64,000 nucleotides of DNA, taken from IMG/VR virus record IMGVR_UViG_3300013232_000195, one strand, 5' to 3'. Numbering within the stretch: the stretch's first letter is position 1; each line of letters begins with the position of its first letter. This DNA comes from an uncultured virus (IMG/VR IMGVR_UViG_3300013232_000195). Taxonomy: Duplodnaviria > Heunggongvirae > Uroviricota > Caudoviricetes. A program made the position numbers and the translations under genes. The notes under the pieces are model-generated. The model was not told the origin of the DNA. It searched no databases and saw only the letters and a list, made by a program, of their open reading frames with translations. Shown here piece by piece: positions 30,910 to 40,341 of this stretch.

Positions 30910-31139
30910 TGAGAAGGCGATCGGGAGCTGGAAGATTCAGTTCTGACCTGGGGCAAGTCATTCGACGCCAATCCCAGGGAGAGGACTTCAACATCCATCA
31001 TCCGCGCAAAACGCGCAAAGAGCAGAACAAAGAACATAAAGAAATTCGGCCCGAAGAGGCTCCGCGACCACGCTCATATAGCTTGCTTGGGCTAGCATGG
31101 GCATGGGTACGTAACTTGTTTATGAGAAATGGAACATAG
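30906..31139 (+). CDS. Small basic protein with C-terminal amphipathic segment
   Basis: 77 aa; a diverged, disrupted homologue lies at about 36.6-36.8 kb, with conservation in this frame. Confidence 0.6.
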   Translation: MMRRRSGAGRFSSDLGQVIRRQSQGEDFNIHHPRKTRKEQNKEHKEIRPEEAPRPRSYSLLGLAWAWVRNLFMRNGT

Positions 31140-31149
31140 GAGAGGCAGC

Positions 31150-31368
31150 ATGTCTTATGATCCGAAGAATGGGAAATTTATTGAAATCACAGAAGGCGCA
31201 AACAAGTACGGATTAATAGAAGTAAATCCAGTTCCATCGGAATGGGTTTTACAGATCACATGGGCTGGCAAAAATTACGGTGTCATTATTCCAAATTTGG
31301 ATTCGGATTGGTGGCAAAGACATGGGATTATCCCTAAAGCCCGTATTGTTGATGAGCAACTCCGTTAA
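31150..31368 (+). CDS. Hypothetical protein
   Basis: 72 aa from ATG 31150 with AGGAGAGG RBS; absent from the second copy of the cassette. Confidence 0.55.
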   Translation: MSYDPKNGKFIEITEGANKYGLIEVNPVPSEWVLQITWAGKNYGVIIPNLDSDWWQRHGIIPKARIVDEQLR

Positions 31369-31385
31369 AATTCTGATTAGCCATA

Positions 31386-31447
31386 CTCCAGAAGGAAGAC
31401 GGCCCGTTCAGATCCAACTGTATATAGAGGGCTTGTTCCTTCTGGAG
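31386..31447 (+). promoter_or_regulatory. RBS-occluding hairpin/promoter element, copy A
   Basis: Perfect 12-bp stem CTCCAGAAGGAA/TTCCTTCTGGAG; loop contains CAACTGTA; GGAG sits in the 3' arm. Confidence 0.7.
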
Positions 31448-31677
31448 AAATTGCCTTGTTTGAGGACGTCATCACAACGACCATCTCGGACGAGAGGCCA
31501 ATTGAAGTCGACCCGTTGTTCGTTGAGGCCTGCGAGCCTGGAACGTTCAAGGTGACGGTTTGCTGGTCCAAGGGAATCGGCCTTGGACATAGTTCCTGCG
31601 ACCTGTCCAGACCAAAAGGCTCTCACGTTCTGCGCGGACGAAATTGTCAGCCAATTCATGCATACAAAGAGGCGCAT

Positions 31678-32166
31678 ATGAAGATAATCTTGGCTTGTCT
31701 ATTATTGACCCTATTGGGTTGTTCTGGGTCAGGAAGTTCGCAATTATCCGACGAGGCCTTTGTGAGCCCACCAACCGACCTTCTTCCAGCGCCCGCTTAC
31801 GTTGACGGGATCGACGCCGAATGCAAGAGGCGGATCACGGAACACAAAGATCACGTCCTTTACTTGTACGAGTTCGTCGTGACGCACGTGGACGACTTCC
31901 GCAGGTACGTGTGGGAGAAGGACAAGGAGTATCTGTTTGATCCATCTGAGAACCGCTACGCCGTCGTCCTTTGCGGGCAAGAGTACGCGTCCATGAAGGC
32001 TGGGAAGGAATGCCTCGCATGCTGTTGTTGGGCCGACGAGACGATCTACATATCTGGGATTAGTGACAGCCTCATAACGCACGAGATGTGTCATATGTTC
32101 TGGCCCGACCAGACCGAGGCCATGGCTAACATGTTCATGGGCTACATGCTCTCGAAGATCAAGTAA
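31678..32166 (+). CDS. Lipoprotein with HExxH zincin-like motif
   Basis: MKIILACLLLTLLGC lipobox; ITHEMCH near the C-terminus. Confidence 0.65.
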   Translation: MKIILACLLLTLLGCSGSGSSQLSDEAFVSPPTDLLPAPAYVDGIDAECKRRITEHKDHVLYLYEFVVTHVDDFRRYVWEKDKEYLFDPSENRYAVVLCGQEYASMKAGKECLACCCWADETIYISGISDSLITHEMCHMFWPDQTEAMANMFMGYMLSKIK

Positions 32167-32211
32167 GCAGGGACCGCTCGTCCGGTTTGATTATGTTTTA
32201 GGAATGGAGAT

Positions 32212-35200
32212 GTGATCATGGCAGACAAAACTTGGACAGGGGCCGTCAACGGCGACTGGTCGAACGCGGGAAACTGGAGCCCCAGTGCTCCACAGAATGG
32301 CGACAGGATTGTTTTCAACTCGTCCAGTACTGGTACGCTGACGACGAACAACGACGTGTCTCTGGCTTACTGTTTTGTCTACATGAACAATCCTCCTGGA
32401 AACGTCAGTATTTCAGGTAACGACCTTAATCTTAGGTCGTCTTCGTCTTACGATGTCGAGTTGGATTATGGAATGGCTGATGACAGGAGCCTTGCCATAA
32501 ACTCCAATGTTTACATTTATAACAACGGTAGTACCATTAGAACGTCACGAGTATCCAGCGGCAAACTGGTCATAGCCGGAAACATTACGGCCCATGCCGA
32601 AGTGCTCGAATACGTATGGGTGGGAACCAACCAGAACAAGACGCAGTTTACCTTCTCCGGGAATAACGCGACGGCTCCTATGTTTGGAATATATGACTCG
32701 ACCTTGCTTCCGACTACCGTCAACTCGTATCCGACCGCTGGATTCGCAGCCAGCTCTTACCGCCCAGGAAAAGTATTAACTAGTTCGGTTCAAGTATCCG
32801 ATGTCCCGCTCAGGATGTATGCCAGTTCCGAGTTGACCTTCAGCGGAGTGAATGCGGCAAGCGTGTCTGAATTGAGCGTTCTTGGATCAGCCGTAAAAAT
32901 TACTTGCGCCGCTCCAACGACGTTCAACTGCGATTACACGGGTTCTTACAGCCCGTACATCTATGCCTCCAATACGTTGACCTTGAATGGGAACCATTCC
33001 GGTACCATAGTCAGGAACACGGTCAGTTCGGGATCATATACGTTTACGTCTACCTCGACGTCCCTGAAGGGGTTGCAGATGGGTTTCTCGTCGAACGGGA
33101 CGCTCGTCATCGATTGGGAGGGAAGCGTTGAAACGTTTGCGTCCGGCTATGGAACACTTGAACTGTACCACGACATCTCGTTTACGTCAGGAACGTACTT
33201 GGATTGGAGTTCTGGGAAACTAAGGGCGAAAGACGACGTTACACTGACAGGTCCTCTTGTGTTACGTTCCGGGATAACGCTTAGCGCCTCTGCTGGCAAG
33301 ACGTTCACCGTAGACATCAGTTCGATAGCTGGTGGAAATTCAAACGTAATAGGAGAAGGCGGGTATACGGGATCGGTAATCATAAATAGCATCGCCTCGA
33401 CGGGTTCTTCGTTTTTCGTTTCGTCGAACGGGACGTTCGAGATCAAATCAGCCTCGTCTCCAGGAACCTCCTTGTATCTGGACACCGGATCAACAACGAC
33501 CATTTCAGGCAACGCATCCTTAAACACGATAGCCATGACAAGCGGAGCAGCGACGTTTAACCTGATGAACAACGCCGTGGTAACGTGCGCTGGGGGCCTC
33601 GGTCTCAGAGGAACCGGATGCCTCAACGGAAGGGGAACGATCAACGGGTCAGTTACGCTTGCCGCCGCCTCATCAATTTTGGCCGACAGCGGACAAACCA
33701 TCTCTTTGACAGGGAGCAGGACCGGCAACTACCTGCTGACACATTCTGGAGCCGGGACGCTCTCACTCGGCGGGAGCAGCACATCAAACGCTGGCGTCAC
33801 CGTTAGCGCTGGTGGCCTGCTGCTTGGCCACAACTCTGCCGTCGGGACTGGAACGCTCACCATGGCCTCTGGAACCACCCTAGGCTCCACCGCCAACATC
33901 TCCATCGGAACCGTGGCCTTCTCTGGGACCAATGCCTTGGCGTTCACGTCCGATTACAACCTGACCATTGGAACGCTGAATCTGGGCAGCGCTGGCAAGA
34001 CAATCACCACGACTGGAAGCGGAGTCTTGGCGTTGTCGGCCTTGACAGGCGATTATGCCGTGTCCAAGAACGGAGCTGGAACGCTCCAAGTCAACACAAG
34101 CCACAGTAAGCAGTTCACTTGTTCGGCTGGGGTTCTGAAACTTGGAGCAGACTTGCCCACTGAACTCATTGATGCCTCTAGACCCGTCGTTTCGTCTGGC
34201 GGTGAGATCAACCTAAACGGTCACCCAAGCGGCGTCCTCATTAAGCCAGCTCAAGTTGGCTCAAAGTTGTCCAACGGATCCGCGACGCAGTCCTCCATCG
34301 ACCTGACCGTGGATATGGAGAACATGTCTCCTGCCAACCTATACGTGGAAGGAACTGGAAACCTTCTCCTGTCATCAATCGCCACAGCCAACGTTCCAGT
34401 GACTAGGCAGATCAATATCCTGAAGAGCGGGACGGGGAAATTCACGTCATATGGATGCTATCTTGGACCCACAATCCCCAGCGCGGTGACCGTGTCTGGC
34501 GGAGAGTTCTCCCTTGAATGCGTTGACGAGGGAACGCAGGCTGACTTCAGTTCAATCAGCGAAGTTGACGTGTCCGCTGGGGCGACGTTGTCCCTGTCGA
34601 AGGTTCTTCCATTGTCTCTTCCGACTCTTGGGGTGACGAGTACGTCCCTTGTCGATCTGAAACGGGCTCAACTAGACCTGGACGAGTTGACAGCCACGGC
34701 TGGATCGACACTAGTGGTTCAGGCGTCTGAGACTGGAGCATCGACCTTTGGTTTGCCGCATGCTGAGAATATCTCTGGAGTGTCCTCTCTGGACTTGTCT
34801 GGGGCAACTATGGCAAGCTTAGAGGCGGGGCTTAATTCTGCATCAGGAACGGCATATTTGTTTGACTCTATCTCCCTAGGGGACGAGACAACCTTCGACC
34901 TGCATGGCAAGAAGCTCACGTTATCATCCTTGTCAACCAATTCGACATCGGCCATGAGGTCAGAAAACGCCGCGTCAGATCCATATCAGTTGGTTCTAGA
35001 CCTAGCATCCGACTTGACCTTGACGTCGTTCTTCACCGACGACACCGCGACGCCGTTCATCCCCTTGGAGAAAGACGGAATTGGAACGCTGACCTTGTCT
35101 GGTGAAAACCACCTGTCCAAGCTGCTCGTTAGCGGAGGTTCGGTCAAGGGAAACATTGAGGTGGACGATCTGTCCATTGGTTCTGGTTGTCACCTTCGTC

Positions 35201-36483
35201 CAGGATCAAGTCCTGGCATAACGATTTGTGTGAATTTTGTCATGGCCCCAGCATCGTTCCTGGATATTGAGTTGGCGGATAGCGTTCCATCGTCTGGCCC
35301 AGTGGCTGGGACACACTTCAGCCAAGTTGTCTGCGACACAGCAACTCTGGGCGCTGGGTGTTTGGCTAACTTCATCTATGATCCGTCGTTCTATTGCCAA
35401 GACGACGTTGTGTTTGACTTCTTGTCTTGTCCTTCCGTGACTGGAATGCTGACTATTGGAACGGAGACCGACAAACCTCGGTACAGAGGTAGGAGCAGCA
35501 TCCACCTTGATTCAGGCGGGTATTTCCTGTCCGCGTTCCCATATGCGTACTTCTCGAGGCTCTACAGGGTAGCTGGGAGCGGAGAATCAACTCCCGTAGG
35601 CGTCATGACGTTGCCTTCAGACCCAGACAGCCCAGTGGAAGGTGGCTATGTGGTTGGGATGGCCAACGCTGGCTATTTCGTTGGGATATCCAAATACGGC
35701 AACGACCTGTTGAAGGTGACCACGGAGACCCAGGTTTTCAGGCTCGCTACTCTTGATTCCGTTGGTTTTGGGATTGTCCCAGGAGGCATTGGATTCAATG
35801 ACGTGGTTGTGGGAAGGGATGGAAGGGTTTATTTCTGTACGGATATGGCCATCGGAACATACTGGAACGGAACGGTAAGTGTCCTAGCTGGTAGTCCGAC
35901 GGAAGTTGGCAATGTTGCTGGATGCCAAGGCAGACAAGCTCGCTTCACGAGCTTGTCTGGGTTAGCGGTGAACACCGACGGGACGTTGTACGCATGTGAC
36001 TCGTTCACCAACAGCATCTACAAGATCACTCCAGACGGCATGGTGTACAGATTCGCTGGAGGTTCCAACCCAGGGGCAAGCGGGTATGCCAATGGAACTG
36101 GGGTTCAAGCTAAGTTTGACCGTCCTTCGTCACTCGGGGCGATGAACGACGGGAGGATTATTGTTGCGGATCTTGGGAACGGTCGGGTCAGGATTGTTTC
36201 TGGAGACGGTCATGTTCTTACCCTGTGTGGCAATGGGACAGAGTCCCATGTGGATGGCATGGGACCAGCGGCATCATTCCTTTCTCCGTCATCGATCCTT
36301 GTCCCGACAAACGAGGCAGAGATTGCATACGTAATGGATGCGGATGACGAGACCAACACGACATACATCTCCTTGATCAGAACCAATGGTCAGGCTACAA
36401 CAACGTATACGTTGTCTGGGTATTATTCGGACTTCGTGGGAATCAACGGAAGCGGGGTCTATGTTCTGAAATTCAGTACGTAG
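32212..36483 (+). CDS. Autotransporter-passenger-like beta-helix protein with C-terminal NHL-repeat beta-propeller
   Basis: KTWTGAVNGDWSNAGNW start; passenger-associated repeats (HSGAGTLSLGG, KNGAGTLQV, KSGTGKFT, KDGIGTLTLSGEN); LRPGSSPG; NHL-type ARF..LSGLAV..DGTLY.CD and AKFDRP...IIVADLGNGRVR. No signal peptide or beta-barrel seen. Confidence 0.75.
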   Translation: MIMADKTWTGAVNGDWSNAGNWSPSAPQNGDRIVFNSSSTGTLTTNNDVSLAYCFVYMNNPPGNVSISGNDLNLRSSSSYDVELDYGMADDRSLAINSNVYIYNNGSTIRTSRVSSGKLVIAGNITAHAEVLEYVWVGTNQNKTQFTFSGNNATAPMFGIYDSTLLPTTVNSYPTAGFAASSYRPGKVLTSSVQVSDVPLRMYASSELTFSGVNAASVSELSVLGSAVKITCAAPTTFNCDYTGSYSPYIYASNTLTLNGNHSGTIVRNTVSSGSYTFTSTSTSLKGLQMGFSSNGTLVIDWEGSVETFASGYGTLELYHDISFTSGTYLDWSSGKLRAKDDVTLTGPLVLRSGITLSASAGKTFTVDISSIAGGNSNVIGEGGYTGSVIINSIASTGSSFFVSSNGTFEIKSASSPGTSLYLDTGSTTTISGNASLNTIAMTSGAATFNLMNNAVVTCAGGLGLRGTGCLNGRGTINGSVTLAAASSILADSGQTISLTGSRTGNYLLTHSGAGTLSLGGSSTSNAGVTVSAGGLLLGHNSAVGTGTLTMASGTTLGSTANISIGTVAFSGTNALAFTSDYNLTIGTLNLGSAGKTITTTGSGVLALSALTGDYAVSKNGAGTLQVNTSHSKQFTCSAGVLKLGADLPTELIDASRPVVSSGGEINLNGHPSGVLIKPAQVGSKLSNGSATQSSIDLTVDMENMSPANLYVEGTGNLLLSSIATANVPVTRQINILKSGTGKFTSYGCYLGPTIPSAVTVSGGEFSLECVDEGTQADFSSISEVDVSAGATLSLSKVLPLSLPTLGVTSTSLVDLKRAQLDLDELTATAGSTLVVQASETGASTFGLPHAENISGVSSLDLSGATMASLEAGLNSASGTAYLFDSISLGDETTFDLHGKKLTLSSLSTNSTSAMRSENAASDPYQLVLDLASDLTLTSFFTDDTATPFIPLEKDGIGTLTLSGENHLSKLLVSGGSVKGNIEVDDLSIGSGCHLRPGSSPGITICVNFVMAPASFLDIELADSVPSSGPVAGTHFSQVVCDTATLGAGCLANFIYDPSFYCQDDVVFDFLSCPSVTGMLTIGTETDKPRYRGRSSIHLDSGGYFLSAFPYAYFSRLYRVAGSGESTPVGVMTLPSDPDSPVEGGYVVGMANAGYFVGISKYGNDLLKVTTETQVFRLATLDSVGFGIVPGGIGFNDVVVGRDGRVYFCTDMAIGTYWNGTVSVLAGSPTEVGNVAGCQGRQARFTSLSGLAVNTDGTLYACDSFTNSIYKITPDGMVYRFAGGSNPGASGYANGTGVQAKFDRPSSLGAMNDGRIIVADLGNGRVRIVSGDGHVLTLCGNGTESHVDGMGPAASFLSPSSILVPTNEAEIAYVMDADDETNTTYISLIRTNGQATTTYTLSGYYSDFVGINGSGVYVLKFST

Positions 36484-36510
36484 ATGTGTTGTGAATTGTG
36501 AGACTGAAGC

Positions 36511-36796
36511 ATGATCAAGGCCGTCCACAAGCCCACAGGCAAGACTCTGTTAACCTCGTCGGCCAATTTTCCAGAATCATCCGTCTGGAGGGCAGCTCCT
36601 ATTTTGGGCGGGTTGCCAGGCGGAGAGCCCAAGGGGAAGACTTCAGCGACATCCATCATCCTCGTGCAACGCGAAAAGATCGTAACAAACAGGAAGAAGT
36701 TCGATCAGAAAATGCTCCGCAACCACGTTCATATAGGTTGCTTGGGCTAACATGGCATGGATTCGAAACCTGTTCATGACGAAGCCAGACGCTTAA
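36511..36796 (+). pseudogene. Chimeric remnant: first 24 codons of a GT4 gene homologous to 40342, joined to a frameshifted homologue of ORF 30906
   Basis: MIKAVHKPTGKTLLTSSANFPESS vs MIRAIHKPTGKTLLTSSANSPESS; then QGEDF..IHHPR.TRK...PRSY.LLGL with a 1-nt deletion near 36755 (TGGCATGG vs TGGGCATGG). Confidence 0.75.
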
Positions 36797-36803
36797 AATT
36801 TCA

Positions 36804-36865
36804 TCCAGAAGGAAGACGGGTTCTCTCTATTCAACTGTAATAGGGAGAGTTTGTTCCTTCTGGAG
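36804..36865 (+). promoter_or_regulatory. RBS-occluding hairpin/promoter element, copy B
   Basis: Stem TCCAGAAGGAA/TTCCTTCTGGA plus inner stem TCTCTCTATT/AATAGGGAGA, loop CAACTGT; GGAG RBS of ATG 36874 is in the 3' arm. Confidence 0.75.
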
Positions 36866-36873
36866 ATACTGGC

Positions 36874-39800
36874 ATGGCTGATTCTGGCTACAGCGGCTAC
36901 AGTGGCGTAAGTGGGTTCTCGGCCATCTCTGGGGCGTCTGGTATATCTGGCGCGTCGGGGCTGTCTGGCATAGAAGGTTTTAGCGGATACACTGGTCAGT
37001 CTGGTTATAGTGGTCTGTCTGGGTTCTCGGGAACTTATAGCGGTTACAGTGGGTACACTGGGTACAGTGGTACTTCTGGATATAGCGGCAAGAGTGGTAC
37101 TTCAGGTACGGCGGGTTGCTCTGGTTACTCTGGCATAAGTGGTTGCTCTGGAGAGGTCGGTTCTGGGGTATCTGGTGACAGTGGTACGTCTGGTCGATCG
37201 GGCTGGAGCGGTTACTCTGGGTTCAGCGGTACGTTCTCTGGACACAGCGGCAAGAGCGGGGCTTCGGGGTATAGCGGGTACAGCGGGTTCGGAGAGTCTG
37301 GCTCTTCTGGAGTGTCTGGTTTCTCATCTGAATCTGGTCGATCTGGATACTCGGGAACCTCAGCCTACAGCGGTAGAAGCGGATACAGTGGTAAGTCAGG
37401 ATTCTCTGGTACGTACTCTGGAGCCAGTGGAACAAGTGGTTATTCTGGACTAGGTCTGAGCGGATCCTCTGGAGACAGTGGCGTCAGCGGAGACAGCGGT
37501 GTTTCTGGGTTCAGTGGTACGTACAGCGGATGGTCTGGTACGTCTGGTACTAGCGGTACGTCTGGATTCTCTGGTACGTTCAGCGGCTGGTCTGGAACCA
37601 GTGGTACATCTGGTTTCTCGGGAACGATTGGATCCTTTGCCACGTCTTGGAATGCTCAAAAGTCATCTGATACTAGCAGAACATCAACCAGCGCGTTGAC
37701 GGCATTGCCAACGCCTGACCCAGACCTGCAAGTAACTCTTCCAGACGTTGGCTGGTACAATATTTCTGCATATTTGCCATTTACCATAGATTCGCAATCT
37801 ACCATCAGGATGCGTTGGCAGTTTACGACAGGATCACTGTCTAAGTTTGATATGCTTGTGGTAGGATCAATACCAAGTACCGGTAGTTATTCGACTACGT
37901 ACACTGGAGCATGGAGAAACCTAAACGAAATCGCCAACATCTACACATACAATTATAACACCTCATATCCAGGCGGCATGACTGCTCATGGATCTATATA
38001 TGTGTCGGCTCCTGGAACTTTAGTATTTGAATGGGGATCTTACTGGCCAGGTTACGGGTCTACGATCACGGTTATGAAGGCTGGCGCATGGCTCAAGGCG
38101 GAGCACGGCGCTGGTCAGGCATCTGGTTCGTCTGGACAATCAGGTACGTCTGGATTCTCTGGCGCATTCAGTGGTATGTCTGGTACGTCTGGTGAGAGCG
38201 GAGCATCTGGTAGATCTGGCTATAGTGGTACGTCAGGTGCGTCTGGTGAGAGCGGAACATCTGGTAGATCTGGCTATAGCGGTAAATCTGGCACGTCTGG
38301 ATACAGTGGTCAGTCTGGTACGTCGGGATACTCGGGCTACTCTGGAGCGTTCTCTGGAGCGTCTGGATATAGCGGAGAATCTGGAACCAGCGGTGCGTCT
38401 GGAACCATAACGGTAACACAGACGACAGTAGACGCGATCAAGTTGGCAGATACGTCTAGGACTGGTACATCCACGTCGGCGGATCCAGACCTACAACTTA
38501 CTCTTGCTGCTGGAACGACGTATAAGATAACTGGTTATTTCCCCATTAATGCAAATACTTACTATTGGCGTGGCAAGTGGTCGTACACTGGTACGCCAAC
38601 CCACTTCCGCTTGGGTATGGGTGCCGCAAATGGTACTGGCCCAACATACTTGTACACAATTAACTGGACTGCCCTCCCGGCGCCGACTGGAACTGGATAT
38701 CATCTTGGCGGATCACAAGATTGGTACATATACAACGGCGGAGAAGGAGGGTTCTGGGTAAATGGAATGATCACCACGTCTACGGCTGGCGTGTTGTCAT
38801 TCGATTGGGCCTCATATAACACTGGCGCTTACATAATACGTCAAGGAGCCTGGCTGAAAGCAGAGCAAGGTTCTGGTGTTGCCAGTGGTACGTCTGGTGT
38901 TTCTGGGTATAGTGGTCTGTCAGGTACGTCAGGTCAAAGCGGATATTCGGGCCGCTCAGGTACGTCTGGATATTCTGGCTTCTCTGGTGCGTTCTCTGGA
39001 AATTCAGGGTTCAGTGGTGAGTCTGGAACTTCAGGGTTCTCGGGAGCATTCTCAGGCATCTCTGGATACACTGGCTACAGTGGTTTGAGTGGATATAGTG
39101 GGTACTCTGCATTCTCTGGCATAAGCGGCACGTCTGGATACTCTGGACCATCTGGTAATAGCGGTAAGTCTGGAACTAGTGGATACAGTGGTATAAGCGC
39201 CTGGTCAGGTGAGTCTGGTGTATCAGGTGAGTCTGGTACGTCTGGGTACTCTGGAACATTCTCTGGTCATAGTGGCGAGTCTGGTACATCAGGTACGTCT
39301 GGATACTCCGCGACTAGCGGCAATAGTGGTGTAAGCGGAGCAAGTGGTATCAGCGGTAGAAGTGGGTACTCTGGTACTAGCGGATATAGTGGCTATAGCG
39401 GACTTAGTGGATCGTCTGGGTCGTCAGCTTATTCTGGATCAAGTGGAACATCTGGTACGTCTGGAACTAGTGGATACTCTGGATTCTCAGGCGCGTTTTC
39501 TGGTATCTCCGGATTCTCTGGTCAGTCTGGATTTGCTCCATTCGTTGGCGCTAAGGCAGTCTGGTCGGGAGCCTACTCGGCCCCGTCTGGTTGGACCACT
39601 AATGCCCTCAACGTTGAAGAGTATGATCCAAACAATCTCCATAATAATGTCACGAACAATACAAGGATTACGATTGATCGAAATGGGTTCTATGATGCAA
39701 CTGCCACGGCGGCATGGTCTGCTGGATCTGGAAACAGTGGATTCAAAGGCGTCCGAATTCTTCGCAACGGACAGGTCATCGCCACGCAGCAGGAAGGGTA

Positions 39801-40299
39801 TTCAGCGTGGCGAGTCGCTGGGGCGGTCCAGTTGTCATGTACGGCAAAGTTCTCTGCGGCGGCAGGCGACTATATCGAGATGGGACAGTTCCATAACGCC
39901 GCGTTCTATCTGACTTATAATAACCCAGGTACTTCTGGCTACTACTATCCAGCCCAACTCGCGGTTCATTTGGCTGGTGGCGCTGGTGATTCTGGTCTGA
40001 GTGGATTCAGTGGTAGTAGTGGTCTTAGCGGAACTAGTGGGACTAGCGGTACGAGTGGATATTCTGGTACGTCTGGCTTCTCTGGAGCGTTCTCTGGAAT
40101 ATCTGGGTTCAGTGGGTATACTGGTGTCAGTGGGTATACTGGCGTCAGTGGGTTTAGTGGTTTAAGCCCGAGTAATGCCGCTCCAGCCAGCAGCGGAGCT
40201 GCTGGCGTCCCTGGGCAAACAGCGTACGACGCTGATTATTTCTACGTCTGCGTCTCAACCGACAACTGGAAGAGAACTCAATTGACAAGCTGGGTATAA
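36874..40299 (+). CDS. Ser-Gly-X repeat fibre protein with two homologous globular domains, a C1q/TNF-like domain and a phage-type C-terminal motif
   Basis: Four SGX tracts; repeated K..DTSRT.....DPDLQ.TL...GAWLKAE; NNTRITIDRNGFYDAT...AAGDYIE (C1q-like); end GQTAYDADYFYVCVSTDNWKRTQLTSW. Confidence 0.75.
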   Translation: MADSGYSGYSGVSGFSAISGASGISGASGLSGIEGFSGYTGQSGYSGLSGFSGTYSGYSGYTGYSGTSGYSGKSGTSGTAGCSGYSGISGCSGEVGSGVSGDSGTSGRSGWSGYSGFSGTFSGHSGKSGASGYSGYSGFGESGSSGVSGFSSESGRSGYSGTSAYSGRSGYSGKSGFSGTYSGASGTSGYSGLGLSGSSGDSGVSGDSGVSGFSGTYSGWSGTSGTSGTSGFSGTFSGWSGTSGTSGFSGTIGSFATSWNAQKSSDTSRTSTSALTALPTPDPDLQVTLPDVGWYNISAYLPFTIDSQSTIRMRWQFTTGSLSKFDMLVVGSIPSTGSYSTTYTGAWRNLNEIANIYTYNYNTSYPGGMTAHGSIYVSAPGTLVFEWGSYWPGYGSTITVMKAGAWLKAEHGAGQASGSSGQSGTSGFSGAFSGMSGTSGESGASGRSGYSGTSGASGESGTSGRSGYSGKSGTSGYSGQSGTSGYSGYSGAFSGASGYSGESGTSGASGTITVTQTTVDAIKLADTSRTGTSTSADPDLQLTLAAGTTYKITGYFPINANTYYWRGKWSYTGTPTHFRLGMGAANGTGPTYLYTINWTALPAPTGTGYHLGGSQDWYIYNGGEGGFWVNGMITTSTAGVLSFDWASYNTGAYIIRQGAWLKAEQGSGVASGTSGVSGYSGLSGTSGQSGYSGRSGTSGYSGFSGAFSGNSGFSGESGTSGFSGAFSGISGYTGYSGLSGYSGYSAFSGISGTSGYSGPSGNSGKSGTSGYSGISAWSGESGVSGESGTSGYSGTFSGHSGESGTSGTSGYSATSGNSGVSGASGISGRSGYSGTSGYSGYSGLSGSSGSSAYSGSSGTSGTSGTSGYSGFSGAFSGISGFSGQSGFAPFVGAKAVWSGAYSAPSGWTTNALNVEEYDPNNLHNNVTNNTRITIDRNGFYDATATAAWSAGSGNSGFKGVRILRNGQVIATQQEGYSAWRVAGAVQLSCTAKFSAAAGDYIEMGQFHNAAFYLTYNNPGTSGYYYPAQLAVHLAGGAGDSGLSGFSGSSGLSGTSGTSGTSGYSGTSGFSGAFSGISGFSGYTGVSGYTGVSGFSGLSPSNAAPASSGAAGVPGQTAYDADYFYVCVSTDNWKRTQLTSWV

Positions 40300-40341
40300 T
40301 GTGTCGTATGATGTTTGAGTTGTCAAAAGTGGATTTGAGAC

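Noticed and set aside
31386..36865. Terminal inverted repeats or att sites of a transposon or integrative element
   Set aside because: The two hairpins are direct, diverged copies embedded in longer homology; no transposase, integrase or target-site duplication was seen.
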